A DNA stretch of 64,000 nt from an uncultured Candidatus Peribacteria bacterium (GCA_964509975.1 CAZDZO010000002.1:10759-74758), one strand, 5' to 3'. Shown: positions 43,806-54,186, counted from the stretch's first letter. The notes: a model not told the origin generated them from the sequence alone. A program made the numbers and translations.

Positions 43806-44774
43806 TTAATTCAAATACATCTGTTTATTTCGTACGTGTCCATTAAGATCTTTTGCAAAGTGGATCTGTCCTTTCCGATCATGGAGATAATAGTAGTAAG
43901 GCGTTTCTTCTGGAAAAATAGCCGCTTTAATCGCTGGGAGTCCCGGATTGGAAATTGCTGTCGGAGGCAGTCCGTAATTCTTTCGAGTGTTGTATGGCGT
44001 CGCTTTTTCAAAATCCTCAGTGTAAAGAGGCCTTTTCCACTCGTTTAACTCATATCGAGTAGTCGCATCCACCCCGAGGTGAATTCGCTCGTCTAGGCGT
44101 TTCCACAGCACTCCTGCGATCTGTGGCATTTCTGCCTCAATGTTTGATTCTCGTTCAATCATAGAAGCCATAATAACGATTTCATTGATCGTCCTTCCTG
44201 ACTCAGCAATACCAGTTCTGTACGGTGCAATTTGTTGCTGAAACGTATTGAATAATCGAGAGATAAACATCTTTTCAGAAAATGTTTTCGGGTTCACAAA
44301 GTAGGTCGAAGGAAACAACTGTCCTTCCAGTGAATCTATTTCAAAGGTAAAGTTACAGAAGTTCGCACACTCAAGCAAATCCCCCGCCTCGATCAGACTT
44401 TTTTTCGCAAGGATGTTATCAATTTGTGCAATCGTTGATCCTTCGGGGATTGTGATTTTTATTTCCGAACTCTTTCCGTGTTGAAGCACATCCGCAATTT
44501 CACGGAAGGTAAGATTTTTTTGAATAATAAATTCCCCTGCTTGATATTTTGTTGAAAGTCGATTCCAACGAGAAAAAAGTCGAAATACATAGGCATCTCG
44601 AATAAGTTCTTTTTCTTCTAATTTTTCTGAAATTGATGCCAACGTTGATCCATTGATAATCTCAATAGAGACCCGATCTGTGCTGTCTGAATTCGGTCGA
44701 TTCCACACCAGCACCAATCGTCCTGCGAAGTACAATCCAGCAAAGACCACAATCAACAATAAGAATTTTTTCAT
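43806..44774 (-). CDS. mltG: endolytic murein transglycosylase MltG (YceG family)
   Basis: N-terminal TM anchor. Motifs IPEGSTIAQI, ASMIERES and PYNTRKNYGLPPTAISNPG. Confidence 0.85.
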   Translation of the reverse strand: MKKFLLLIVVFAGLYFAGRLVLVWNRPNSDSTDRVSIEIINGSTLASISEKLEEKELIRDAYVFRLFSRWNRLSTKYQAGEFIIQKNLTFREIADVLQHGKSSEIKITIPEGSTIAQIDNILAKKSLIEAGDLLECANFCNFTFEIDSLEGQLFPSTYFVNPKTFSEKMFISRLFNTFQQQIAPYRTGIAESGRTINEIVIMASMIERESNIEAEMPQIAGVLWKRLDERIHLGVDATTRYELNEWKRPLYTEDFEKATPYNTRKNYGLPPTAISNPGLPAIKAAIFPEETPYYYYLHDRKGQIHFAKDLNGHVRNKQMYLN

Positions 44775-44819
44775 AAATTACGTATTTTAAATCCGAAATC
44801 CGCAATCGGAAATCTGAAA

Positions 44820-45116
44820 TTACTGCCCGCCCATTCCAAGGCCACCCATGAGTGGTTTCATTTTTTCAGCAGCCACTTCTTGTGCTTTCTTCATGGCACG
44901 GTTCATAGCTTCCACGATCGCTTTCTCAAGCTTTTTTGTGTCGTGCACAATTGATTCATCAATGAATTCAATTGAAAGAAGTTGTTGTTCTCCATTCACA
45001 ATCACCTTCACTCCGCTTGCTTCTGCTGATACGTGTACTTGCGCCAATTCTTTTTTAATTCGTTTCGCTTCCTTCTGAAGCTTATACATGTCACCCATTT
45101 GTCCGAGCATTCCCAT
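44820..45116 (-). CDS. ybaB: nucleoid-associated protein YbaB/EbfC
   Basis: 98 aa. Pattern KLQKE..K..EL....V.A.ASGG.V.V..NG.....I.ID with a Gly/Met-rich C-terminus. Confidence 0.85.
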   Translation of the reverse strand: MGMLGQMGDMYKLQKEAKRIKKELAQVHVSAEASGVKVIVNGEQQLLSIEFIDESIVHDTKKLEKAIVEAMNRAMKKAQEVAAEKMKPLMGGLGMGGQ

Positions 45117-45232
45117 GATTTCGAGGGGTTAAAAATTTGATCCAAGTGTACTGAAAAAAAAACTTTTGCCAAAGAAGTTGACTTTATCAAAAAAAGGTTC
45201 TATACGAATCAAGATATTTAATTTTTAAAAAA

Positions 45233-46993
45233 ATGGTTCGAGGAGGAAAACATAGACACAACATTGCAAAAGGAGGGGGGTATGCTCATTACCATTATGG
45301 TTACAATCGTACACCCAATAATACTGCTGGTGAACAATTCAAAGGAGAAGCTGCTCCGGCTGATGCCAATCAATGTGCTCAGAATATTTTAGAAAAAGTA
45401 AGAATTGATTCGCTTTGGAAAAACGATTTCCTTATTCCAATTTTAGCAAAAGCCATTCCTTTAGAACTTCTTCAAGAAATTCTAAATTCTGAATCTGTAC
45501 AAGAAAAAATTATTCAATTAATTACGACTGACACTCTTCGTCAATTAAAAAGAAAAGATAATCTTCACAGTGAATTTGTGCAGGAAATGGCAATTATTAG
45601 CTTAGCCGAAGATCTCGGCCCAAAGATTTTGGAACTTATTACGGGTAAATCAACTCATGTTGAATCTGAAGGCGCGGAAGTCGTTGAACAAGAAATTGAA
45701 AAACCTCAGAAACAAGTGGCGGATGTTATTGCTGAAAAAGAAAAAATACAAGAACAACCAGAATCAATCGAATCGGTTTGTGATAAAATTAATAAATGTC
45801 TGGAATCACTAAGCTTTGCACAAACAACGTATCTTCCTGATGAAATATCGAATTCAACGTGGGAAGTAAGTCAAAGAGACAATGGGGCGTTTCAATGTTT
45901 CAATTCTAAATATGATAGGGACTATGCTCTTAGCTTTTATAAGATAGGAATAGAAGATGACCTTACCCTCGATCAAGTCCAATCACTTTTAAGAGTCTTA
46001 GAAAAAGAAGTTGAAAAAAATCCAAAACAAGTAGCTGATGTTATTAAAGAAGACCCCGATAAAGTGGAAACAGAAAATGCTAAAAATAGATTGTGGAATC
46101 TTGTAGATATCATTAAGGATTCTTCTATCGTCGTTAGCAAGCATTCTTCGATAAGTTGGCTTCCCCTTGGAGAAAAATGGGGATTTGCGACGAGGTCTAA
46201 TATGCATTATTTTGAAACCCCTGATCGTTCTACTTGTATAAGCATTGCCTACCATATAAATGATTTTCAATTTTTAAAAAAAGATCCTGATGAGAAAAGA
46301 AAAGAATGGGAAATGCTGAAGGAAATTGCCGATTGTCTAGAAAAAACCATTCGCTTTTCTCACTTAGTAGCGCAACTTCCACCAAAAGATGATTCTGCTG
46401 AGAATAAAGAAACCACAAGCGATGACCTAAAAACCCTCATTGAAAAGCATTGCCCAGAAGGCGACGCCCAACAATTTAAAGATCCAAAAACTGAACTAAC
46501 GGTTGTTATAGAATATTTCAAAAATAATGAAACTCTATCTTTTTTATATATTACAGATTTATCCGATCAGGACTCGCCTAAAAACACTGCATGTCGTTTT
46601 TACTCATTTGATGAGTTATTTGATGAGCTTACACCAGATCAACGAGCAATCGTTCTACGAGCGATAGAAGGTTCTGCTCCTACTGGTTCTTCTGAGAACA
46701 ACGAGCAACTCGAATCAGCCGAACAAATCGCCAATAAAATCGAAAAACTTTTCGAAGCAAATCCTCTCTTACAAAATAGAAAACTTCATTTTTTGAAAGA
46801 TCCAGAAAATAATTCCTATGATTGGAGGCTTACTTTGGAAAATAACACTTGGCATATCTCTGGTGATGGACCAACAGGATGGATCAAATGTCGATTCCCC
46901 ACAACTATTAAAAACCGTCATCCGTACAACGATTTAGAAATCATGAAGTCCCTTTACCGAACACTGGAGGCCAAAATTTCTAGGTTTTCCTAA
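45233..46993 (+). CDS. hypothetical protein (586 aa) built from about four repeats of a 100-aa module
   Basis: Repeated EK(x)xKQVADVI (45712-45735, 46027-46050). Each module ends ..L(L/Y)R.LE. Confidence 0.6.
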   Translation: MVRGGKHRHNIAKGGGYAHYHYGYNRTPNNTAGEQFKGEAAPADANQCAQNILEKVRIDSLWKNDFLIPILAKAIPLELLQEILNSESVQEKIIQLITTDTLRQLKRKDNLHSEFVQEMAIISLAEDLGPKILELITGKSTHVESEGAEVVEQEIEKPQKQVADVIAEKEKIQEQPESIESVCDKINKCLESLSFAQTTYLPDEISNSTWEVSQRDNGAFQCFNSKYDRDYALSFYKIGIEDDLTLDQVQSLLRVLEKEVEKNPKQVADVIKEDPDKVETENAKNRLWNLVDIIKDSSIVVSKHSSISWLPLGEKWGFATRSNMHYFETPDRSTCISIAYHINDFQFLKKDPDEKRKEWEMLKEIADCLEKTIRFSHLVAQLPPKDDSAENKETTSDDLKTLIEKHCPEGDAQQFKDPKTELTVVIEYFKNNETLSFLYITDLSDQDSPKNTACRFYSFDELFDELTPDQRAIVLRAIEGSAPTGSSENNEQLESAEQIANKIEKLFEANPLLQNRKLHFLKDPENNSYDWRLTLENNTWHISGDGPTGWIKCRFPTTIKNRHPYNDLEIMKSLYRTLEAKISRFS

Positions 46994-47019
46994 AGATTCT
47001 CTCGAAAGAGTCGAAGTGA

Positions 47020-47048
47020 TTGCTTTTTCCTTTTTTTTGTGGTATAAT
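47020..47048 (+). promoter_or_regulatory. sigma70-type promoter with extended -10
   Basis: TTGCTT (47020-47025), 17-nt spacer, TGgTATAAT (-10 at 47043-47048), followed by the conserved TCTCTGATTTT. Confidence 0.5.
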
Positions 47049-47071
47049 TCTCTGATTTTTACTCATTAATA

Positions 47072-47254
47072 ATGATCAAAAAAACAACCGCTCTCGGTCA
47101 CAAGCCAGAAACCCTTATTCTTTTCAAAGAAATCATGAAGGGACGAATGGCTCAAATTGGTATTAGTGCCATGCTTATTGCTATTTTGGGACTTCAAATT
47201 TATTTATTTATAAGTTTGAATCAATTGTTCCAAATGATTATTGCGAACATCTAA
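47072..47254 (+). CDS. small hypothetical membrane protein (60 aa)
   Basis: Bracketed by its own promoter (47020-47048) and terminator (47278-47307). One TM helix (ISAMLIAILGLQIYLFISL). Confidence 0.4.
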   Translation: MIKKTTALGHKPETLILFKEIMKGRMAQIGISAMLIAILGLQIYLFISLNQLFQMIIANI

Positions 47255-47277
47255 AGAATCCTTTAAGAGCCTTAAAC

Positions 47278-47307
47278 AAAATCTCCTCTTCATGGGGGGA
47301 TTTTTTG
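47278..47307 (+). terminator. intrinsic terminator
   Basis: aatctcc (47280-47286) pairs with ggggatt (47296-47302), followed by a T-tract. Confidence 0.55.
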
Positions 47308-47329
47308 TATAAAAAAACCTAAATATTTC

Positions 47330-49289
<1,960 letters not shown>

Positions 49290-49338
49290 GACAGTCTAAA
49301 GTCAATGCTTTTGAGTCTATAGAAAAAAGTAAAACCCC

Positions 49339-49360
49339 GTCATCCTGGCTTTCCCAGGAT
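49339..49360 (+). repeat. REP-like hairpin gtc-ATCCTGG-ctttc-CCAGGAT
   Basis: 7-bp stem and 5-nt loop. Confidence 0.65.
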
Positions 49361-49452
49361 CAGATGAATAATTCTCATGCTTTTAAGCGTATAGCACGGC
49401 ACCTGTGTTCATCTTTCGCTTCGCTCTGTCTACAGGAAAAATACCCGATGCG

Positions 49453-49474
49453 ATTCTGGGCAAGCCAGAATGAC
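49453..49474 (-). repeat. REP-like hairpin, inverted copy
   Basis: The reverse complement gtcattctggcttgcccagaat matches 49339-49360 at 19/22. The two copies form an inverted pair about 90 nt apart. Confidence 0.65.
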
Positions 49475-49520
49475 CAAGTTTTTTAAATCGACAATCGAAA
49501 ATCGCACATCGAAAATTGTT

Positions 49521-50390
49521 TTAATCGACGTCAAACACCTGGCGCAAAATCCAATCAATGAATCTAAACTTAAGTTTTTTACGTCCAGAAAAATCTCGTT
49601 GTACAAAGGAAATCATCGTTATCCCCGCAACCTCACGAATACGAAGGTTATCTTCAAAAATTCCACGAAGCGCTGGGTCAAATTGAAATTTTATTTTCTT
49701 CTCATCACACAAGCTAATGAGGTTCAGTGTGTGTTCAAATCCATCACATTGAATAAGCGCGGTAATCCCCTGCTCCTGACAGACTGATTCCAATTTATCG
49801 AGTTTTCCGAGAATTTCAGCCCCCTGAATGTGTTTTGTCATCCCATATGGGTCAATCACTCCAATAATTTTGTACGGCGCGTAGGGATTCATTTCAATAG
49901 CATGAATAAGCTTTTCAGCAACTCTATTGGCTCCCACGATAAGCGTGCGATACACATTCTTTTCTTTTTTCCTTGCCCACGCAAGAATCAAGCGAAATAT
50001 CCACTGAGTAATTGCAAGCCAAACAATCCCAAACACAAAAATATAAACGCCGATCAATCGTGAAAATAAAATCTCTCGTGGGAAAAAATACGTCACAATC
50101 AATATCCCCACCGCCAAAGCTCCTCCAAAGACTGCCAAGAGGAAATCAAACCACTTCCGTCCTCCTGAACGAGGAGGAATGCGATAATATTTTGAAAAGA
50201 TAAGAAACCCTATCCAAACAATTGTGGCACCTCCGGCAAGCAATGCAAAAAGTTCAAAGGGGAAATCTGTTGAAAAAATCCACCCAACACGTACAAAGTA
50301 CGCTACCAAAAACGCTCCATACAACCCTAGTACATCTACAACAATGTGTCCCACTCGCCAATAAATCCAATTCTTTGACATCGACCGCAT
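49521..50390 (-). CDS. N-terminal (TM plus CoA-binding-like) portion of a polyprenyl glycosylphosphotransferase, lacking the catalytic sugar-transferase domain
   Basis: 4-5 TM helices, then YRTLIVGANRVAEKLIHAIEMNPYAPYKIIGVIDP..., typical of WbaP/EpsB-type enzymes. The ORF stops at ..KLKFRFIDWILRQVFDVD*, where the catalytic domain normally begins. Possible pseudogene. The listed start at 50429 is TTG; ATGs are at 50390 and 50381. Confidence 0.55.
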   Translation of the reverse strand: MRSMSKNWIYWRVGHIVVDVLGLYGAFLVAYFVRVGWIFSTDFPFELFALLAGGATIVWIGFLIFSKYYRIPPRSGGRKWFDFLLAVFGGALAVGILIVTYFFPREILFSRLIGVYIFVFGIVWLAITQWIFRLILAWARKKEKNVYRTLIVGANRVAEKLIHAIEMNPYAPYKIIGVIDPYGMTKHIQGAEILGKLDKLESVCQEQGITALIQCDGFEHTLNLISLCDEKKIKFQFDPALRGIFEDNLRIREVAGITMISFVQRDFSGRKKLKFRFIDWILRQVFDVD

Positions 50391-50418
50391 TGTACTCACC
50401 AAGTAAAGTTTGAAAAGG

Positions 50419-50997
50419 CTATCCAGCAAGATCCTCTAATTCCCCAGCTTCATTGATCATAATATAATTTGCCACTCCCCCAAGACTATCAAAATCAACC
50501 CGAGCATCCAAAAAAGGCATCAGCGCCGAACAAGAAAAATCTTCTTCTGTTAGGGTCTCTCCCAAAGAACCAATCCCTCCCAATGTTCCATCCGCTAAAA
50601 TCCCTTCTTCTCCTCGTACTTCAATACTAGTGTATTCTCCCCATGTCGCCACAACAAATTCATTTTCATCTCCAACAAGACTCCCTTCTGATAAATCCCC
50701 CATTCCAATAAAATAACAAATATCTTTCCTTGCCTGAGGAATCCGAAAATCATTTGATGCCATCAAGTTTCCAAATTCTTCTGCGGTATAAATATACCTT
50801 GAATTTTCCCAATCATCCGCCCCTTCAATCTTAATCATAAGCGCGATATTTTGAATAGCGGCTTGTCTTTCTGCATCTCGAGCTTTTCCAAAATATGATT
50901 TAAATGTCGCCGTCGAAATGCTTGCCAAAATAGCAATAATAACAATCACAACAAGAAGCTCAATGAGCGTATATCCTTTTTTTGTTTTGAGATTCAT
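50419..50997 (-). CDS. type IV pilin-like protein (prepilin-type N-terminal cleavage/methylation motif)
   Basis: MNLKTKKG/YTLIELLVVIVIIAILASI class III signal. Paralogous to the 51121..51723 gene. Confidence 0.8.
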   Translation of the reverse strand: MNLKTKKGYTLIELLVVIVIIAILASISTATFKSYFGKARDAERQAAIQNIALMIKIEGADDWENSRYIYTAEEFGNLMASNDFRIPQARKDICYFIGMGDLSEGSLVGDENEFVVATWGEYTSIEVRGEEGILADGTLGGIGSLGETLTEEDFSCSALMPFLDARVDFDSLGGVANYIMINEAGELEDLAG

Positions 50998-51040
50998 TGA
51001 CCTGCAGTCTACTGGGAATAATTGGGGAAATCAAACTACA

Positions 51041-51076
51041 AAAAATATTTTAAAACCCCCCGCATTGCGGGGGGCC
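51041..51076 (-). terminator. intrinsic terminator after the upstream pilin gene
   Basis: ccccccgc-att-gcgggggg (51056-51074), followed on the minus strand by a T-rich tract. Shares the 15-nt core CCCCCCGCATTGCGG with the terminator at 29806-29833. Confidence 0.65.
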
Positions 51077-51120
51077 TTATATTCAGAAGTAATTCTTCTA
51101 TTCCAATTCTCAATGCACTT

Positions 51121-51723
51121 TTATGGTGATGGTGTTGGAAATCCTGCAACTCCCTCGATTACTCCAAGTTCATTAATAAAGAGATACGAAAAGGTATCAG
51201 CAGAATCATAAGTTCCTGCTTCAAAAGCAGATGAAACATCAGTCATGTCTGCAGAATCACAAGCGAAACTCTCGGATTCAACATCATCTACATCTATAGC
51301 ATCAATAGCAGCTTGTGTTCCATCTGCAAGAACTCCAGCGGTTCCTGTTTGTGAGGTACTGGTTAACTCTCCCCAAGAACCTACTACAAATTCATTCACA
51401 TCCCCAACTGATCCACCACCTTCTATCGCCATTCCAACGAAGTAGCAAATATTGTTTTTTCCATTAGGAAGACGAAAATCGTTTGCGTCCATAAGTGCCG
51501 TAAGTCCGGCAGCATCGTAAATATATTTTGATGATGTCCAATCATCCGCTCCGTCCACCTTGATCATCAAGGCGATATTTTGCACAGCTGATTGTCGTTC
51601 AGCATCTCGTGCTTTTCCGAAGTAAGACTTAAAAGTAGCCGTTGAGATCGTCGCCAAAATACCGATGATCACAATCACCACAAGGAGCTCAATGAGCGTA
51701 AAACCGAAATTTCTTTTTTTCAT
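51121..51723 (-). CDS. type IV pilin-like protein
   Basis: MKKRNFG/FTLIELLVVIVIIGILATI. Shares STATFKSYFGKARDAERQ..QNIALMIK..GADDW and a conserved Cys pair with the neighbouring pilin. Confidence 0.8.
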   Translation of the reverse strand: MKKRNFGFTLIELLVVIVIIGILATISTATFKSYFGKARDAERQSAVQNIALMIKVDGADDWTSSKYIYDAAGLTALMDANDFRLPNGKNNICYFVGMAIEGGGSVGDVNEFVVGSWGELTSTSQTGTAGVLADGTQAAIDAIDVDDVESESFACDSADMTDVSSAFEAGTYDSADTFSYLFINELGVIEGVAGFPTPSP

Positions 51724-51768
51724 TATGAAAAGGTTTAAGAATTAGAAGAAAGATAAACTTCACAAGCC

Positions 51769-51797
51769 ATTGTACGAAGCGATGTTCGAGAAATCAA
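51769..51797 (-). promoter_or_regulatory. sigma70-type promoter for the pilin gene
   Basis: On the minus strand, TTGATT (51792-51797), 17-nt spacer, TACAAT (51769-51774). Confidence 0.4.
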
Positions 51798-51869
51798 ATT
51801 ATTTGTTCAAAAAGAAGTGGCGAAATACAAAAAATGTTTTATTGTGTTATGCCTTTAAAACATCTCTTT

Positions 51870-52847
51870 CTAGAGATTTTGTAATGAATTTTCAATTCTT
51901 ATTTTTGCGTTGAGTTCTTCTGGGAATTGAAAAACCTCTCCTGTTACTTTTTCAAAAAGTTGAATGTATTTCTCTGCTGCTGCCATTCGAAGCTCATCCG
52001 TCATGAAATCTGCAGGATTTTTTTCTAAATCATTCACATCATATCCCGCTCCAATAATCATACGTCTTACGAATTCTTTATCGAGCATATCTGGCTCTTC
52101 ATCATTATTAAATCGCTCCTGATAAGAATCCTCAACCCAGTACCGAGAACTATCAGGAGTATGCACTTCATCAATCACCATTAAATTCCCTTCGCTATCA
52201 ATTCCCATTTCATATTTTGTATCGACAAGTATTAATCCCCTTTCTGCGGCTATCTTTTGTCCAAGTGTGAACATTTTGAGGGCATACTCTTCTACTTGTT
52301 CGTACATTTCTGCTGACACCAGTCCTTGTTCTACAATTTCTTCTTTTGAAATCGCTTCATCATGCGCGCCAGGTTCGGTGGGTTTAGTTGTGGGGGTAAT
52401 AATAGGTTGATCAAATTTCTGATTTTTCTTCATACCTTCGGGCATCTCGATCCCACAGATCATTCTATTTAAATTCTGATACGAATACCAAGACGATGTT
52501 TTGGTCGTCCCAGTGAGATATCCTCGAACGATAATTTCTACAGGCAAAACTTTGGCATTCTTTACAAGAGAAATATTTGGATCCGGCGTTGAGATAAAAT
52601 GATGATTTACCACTCCATCAAGTTTCGCAAACCACCACGCCGTAATTTTATTCAACACTTGTCCTTTAAAAGGAATCGTTCCGAGAATAAAATCGAATGC
52701 TGAAATACGATCAGACACCACTATAGCTCTCTGTTCGTTTGGAAGTGTAAAACTTTCTCGAACCTTTCCAGAGTGATAGGAAAGAGCTTGCGGGAAATCT
52801 ATTTTATCCACTGTAGAGCCGAGTGCCGATTGAATTTTGTCTTGCAT
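51870..52847 (-). CDS. purC: phosphoribosylaminoimidazole-succinocarboxamide (SAICAR) synthase
   Basis: GKVRESF and SDRISAFD motifs; long-form PurC. ATG at 52847 (MQDKIQ). Confidence 0.85.
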   Translation of the reverse strand: MQDKIQSALGSTVDKIDFPQALSYHSGKVRESFTLPNEQRAIVVSDRISAFDFILGTIPFKGQVLNKITAWWFAKLDGVVNHHFISTPDPNISLVKNAKVLPVEIIVRGYLTGTTKTSSWYSYQNLNRMICGIEMPEGMKKNQKFDQPIITPTTKPTEPGAHDEAISKEEIVEQGLVSAEMYEQVEEYALKMFTLGQKIAAERGLILVDTKYEMGIDSEGNLMVIDEVHTPDSSRYWVEDSYQERFNNDEEPDMLDKEFVRRMIIGAGYDVNDLEKNPADFMTDELRMAAAEKYIQLFEKVTGEVFQFPEELNAKIRIENSLQNL

Positions 52848-52914
52848 TGAGAGATGTTTTTTTGAAAATAACAGAACTATTGTACTCATTTTTAAAAAAA
52901 CGTTGAAGAAAAAT

Positions 52915-52949
52915 TTGCAAAACGAATAATTCTATATATAATTATATAT
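52915..52949 (+). promoter_or_regulatory. promoter with overlapping 16-nt perfect palindrome (candidate antitoxin operator)
   Basis: TTGCAA (52915-52920), 16-nt spacer, TATAAT (52937-52942). The -10 box sits inside the palindrome ATATATAATTATATAT (52934-52949), 25 nt upstream of the antitoxin ATG. Confidence 0.45.
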
Positions 52950-52973
52950 GAAATTTACTATTAATTATAGATA

Positions 52974-53225
52974 ATGTTTGATACTGTTTCAATCTCACAA
53001 CTTCAAAAATCTGCAGGGAAGGTTCTCAAGAACTGTTCTGGAGCCATTTATGTACTTTCGAATAATAAAAAGACTGGCATTATTTTTAACGAAGAAATGT
53101 TAAATATAATGGAAGAACGGGGTTTTCTTGAAGAATTGGAAGATAGTTTTTTGGCTCAAAGAATAACAAAAGCCCAATCAGAAAATAAATTCTCGTCATT
53201 ACAGGAACTCAAAAATGCGATATAA
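52974..53225 (+). CDS. type II antitoxin, Phd/YefM-like
   Basis: 83 aa. The N-terminal pattern VSISQLQKSAGKVLKN...IYVLSNNKKTGIIFNEEM fits the family. 11-nt overlap with the toxin gene. Confidence 0.6.
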   Translation: MFDTVSISQLQKSAGKVLKNCSGAIYVLSNNKKTGIIFNEEMLNIMEERGFLEELEDSFLAQRITKAQSENKFSSLQELKNAI

Positions 53226-53484
53226 AATCGCAAAACAATTTTTACGAGATCTTAAAAATATTGATGACAAATCAATAAGAATTTTGATAGTGGAAATTGT
53301 AGAAAATATGGAATCAACAAAAAATATTTCTGAAGTTGGTTTTTCAAAACTGAGAGGATTTGATTGTTTTTACAAAAAGAGGATTCGAAATTATCGTATT
53401 GGTATTGCTTTTGAAAAGAATACGGTTACTTTTTGTCGTGTCCTTCATCGACAACACATTTACAAGAAATTCCCCAAAACATGA
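53215..53484 (+). CDS. type II toxin, RelE/ParE family
   Basis: 89 aa. Pattern ..KLRG....YKKRIRNYRIGIAFEKNTVTFCRVLHRQHIYK is typical of RelE/StbE-type toxins. Confidence 0.7.
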   Translation: MRYKIAKQFLRDLKNIDDKSIRILIVEIVENMESTKNISEVGFSKLRGFDCFYKKRIRNYRIGIAFEKNTVTFCRVLHRQHIYKKFPKT

Positions 53485-54152
53485 AATTCGATGTTCTCAC
53501 TCTTTTTCCAGAAAGTTTTGAAAACTTCTTAAAAACGTCCATTATCGGACGTGCCATTGAAGAAAAAAAAATAGAAGTACGACTTTTTAATATTCGTGAT
53601 TTTTCTGAAAACAAACATAAGAAGGTTGATGACGTGCCTTTTGGCGGTGGCGCAGGAATGGTCATGATGTGCCAGCCTCTTTTTGATGCAATAGAGCACG
53701 TGAAGCAATTGGAGGATGATAAAGCTCCTGTAATTTTTCTCACTCCCCACGGCGAAACTTTTAAACAAGAAATTGCAGAAGAGTTTGTTGAACAAAAAAT
53801 GTGTTCAAGGATTATACTCCTTTGTGGACACTATGAAGGGATTGATCAACGCGTTCGTGATGCACTCGTGGATCGAGAAATTTCCATTGGAAACTTTGTC
53901 CTCACGGGTGGAGAACTCCCTGCTCAGATTCTTATTGATGCTGTTGCGCGATTATTACCAGGTGTTTTGGGCAGTGATGAGAGTGCGAGCGAGGAAAGCT
54001 TTTCCGCGCAACTCGACCGAAAGCTCGAATACCCACATTACACACGCCCTGCAGAGTTCAGAGGGATAGAGGTTCCAGAGGTCCTTCTCTCTGGACATCA
54101 CAAAAATATTAAGGAATGGCGGAAAAAAAATTGCAAAACATCTCCTGAATAA
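53481..54152 (+). CDS. trmD: tRNA (guanine37-N1)-methyltransferase
   Basis: MKFDVLTLFPESF..., FGGGAGMVM and HYEGIDQRV motifs. Its ATG overlaps the toxin stop (ATGA at 53481-53484). Confidence 0.9.
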   Translation: MKFDVLTLFPESFENFLKTSIIGRAIEEKKIEVRLFNIRDFSENKHKKVDDVPFGGGAGMVMMCQPLFDAIEHVKQLEDDKAPVIFLTPHGETFKQEIAEEFVEQKMCSRIILLCGHYEGIDQRVRDALVDREISIGNFVLTGGELPAQILIDAVARLLPGVLGSDESASEESFSAQLDRKLEYPHYTRPAEFRGIEVPEVLLSGHHKNIKEWRKKNCKTSPE

Positions 54153-54156
54153 AAAC

Positions 54157-54186
54157 TTGTCATTCAGTCCCCCCTTCCTCTACAAT
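54157..54186 (+). promoter_or_regulatory. putative promoter for the 54206 gene
   Basis: TTGTCA (54157-54162), 18-nt spacer, TACAAT (54181-54186). Confidence 0.35.
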
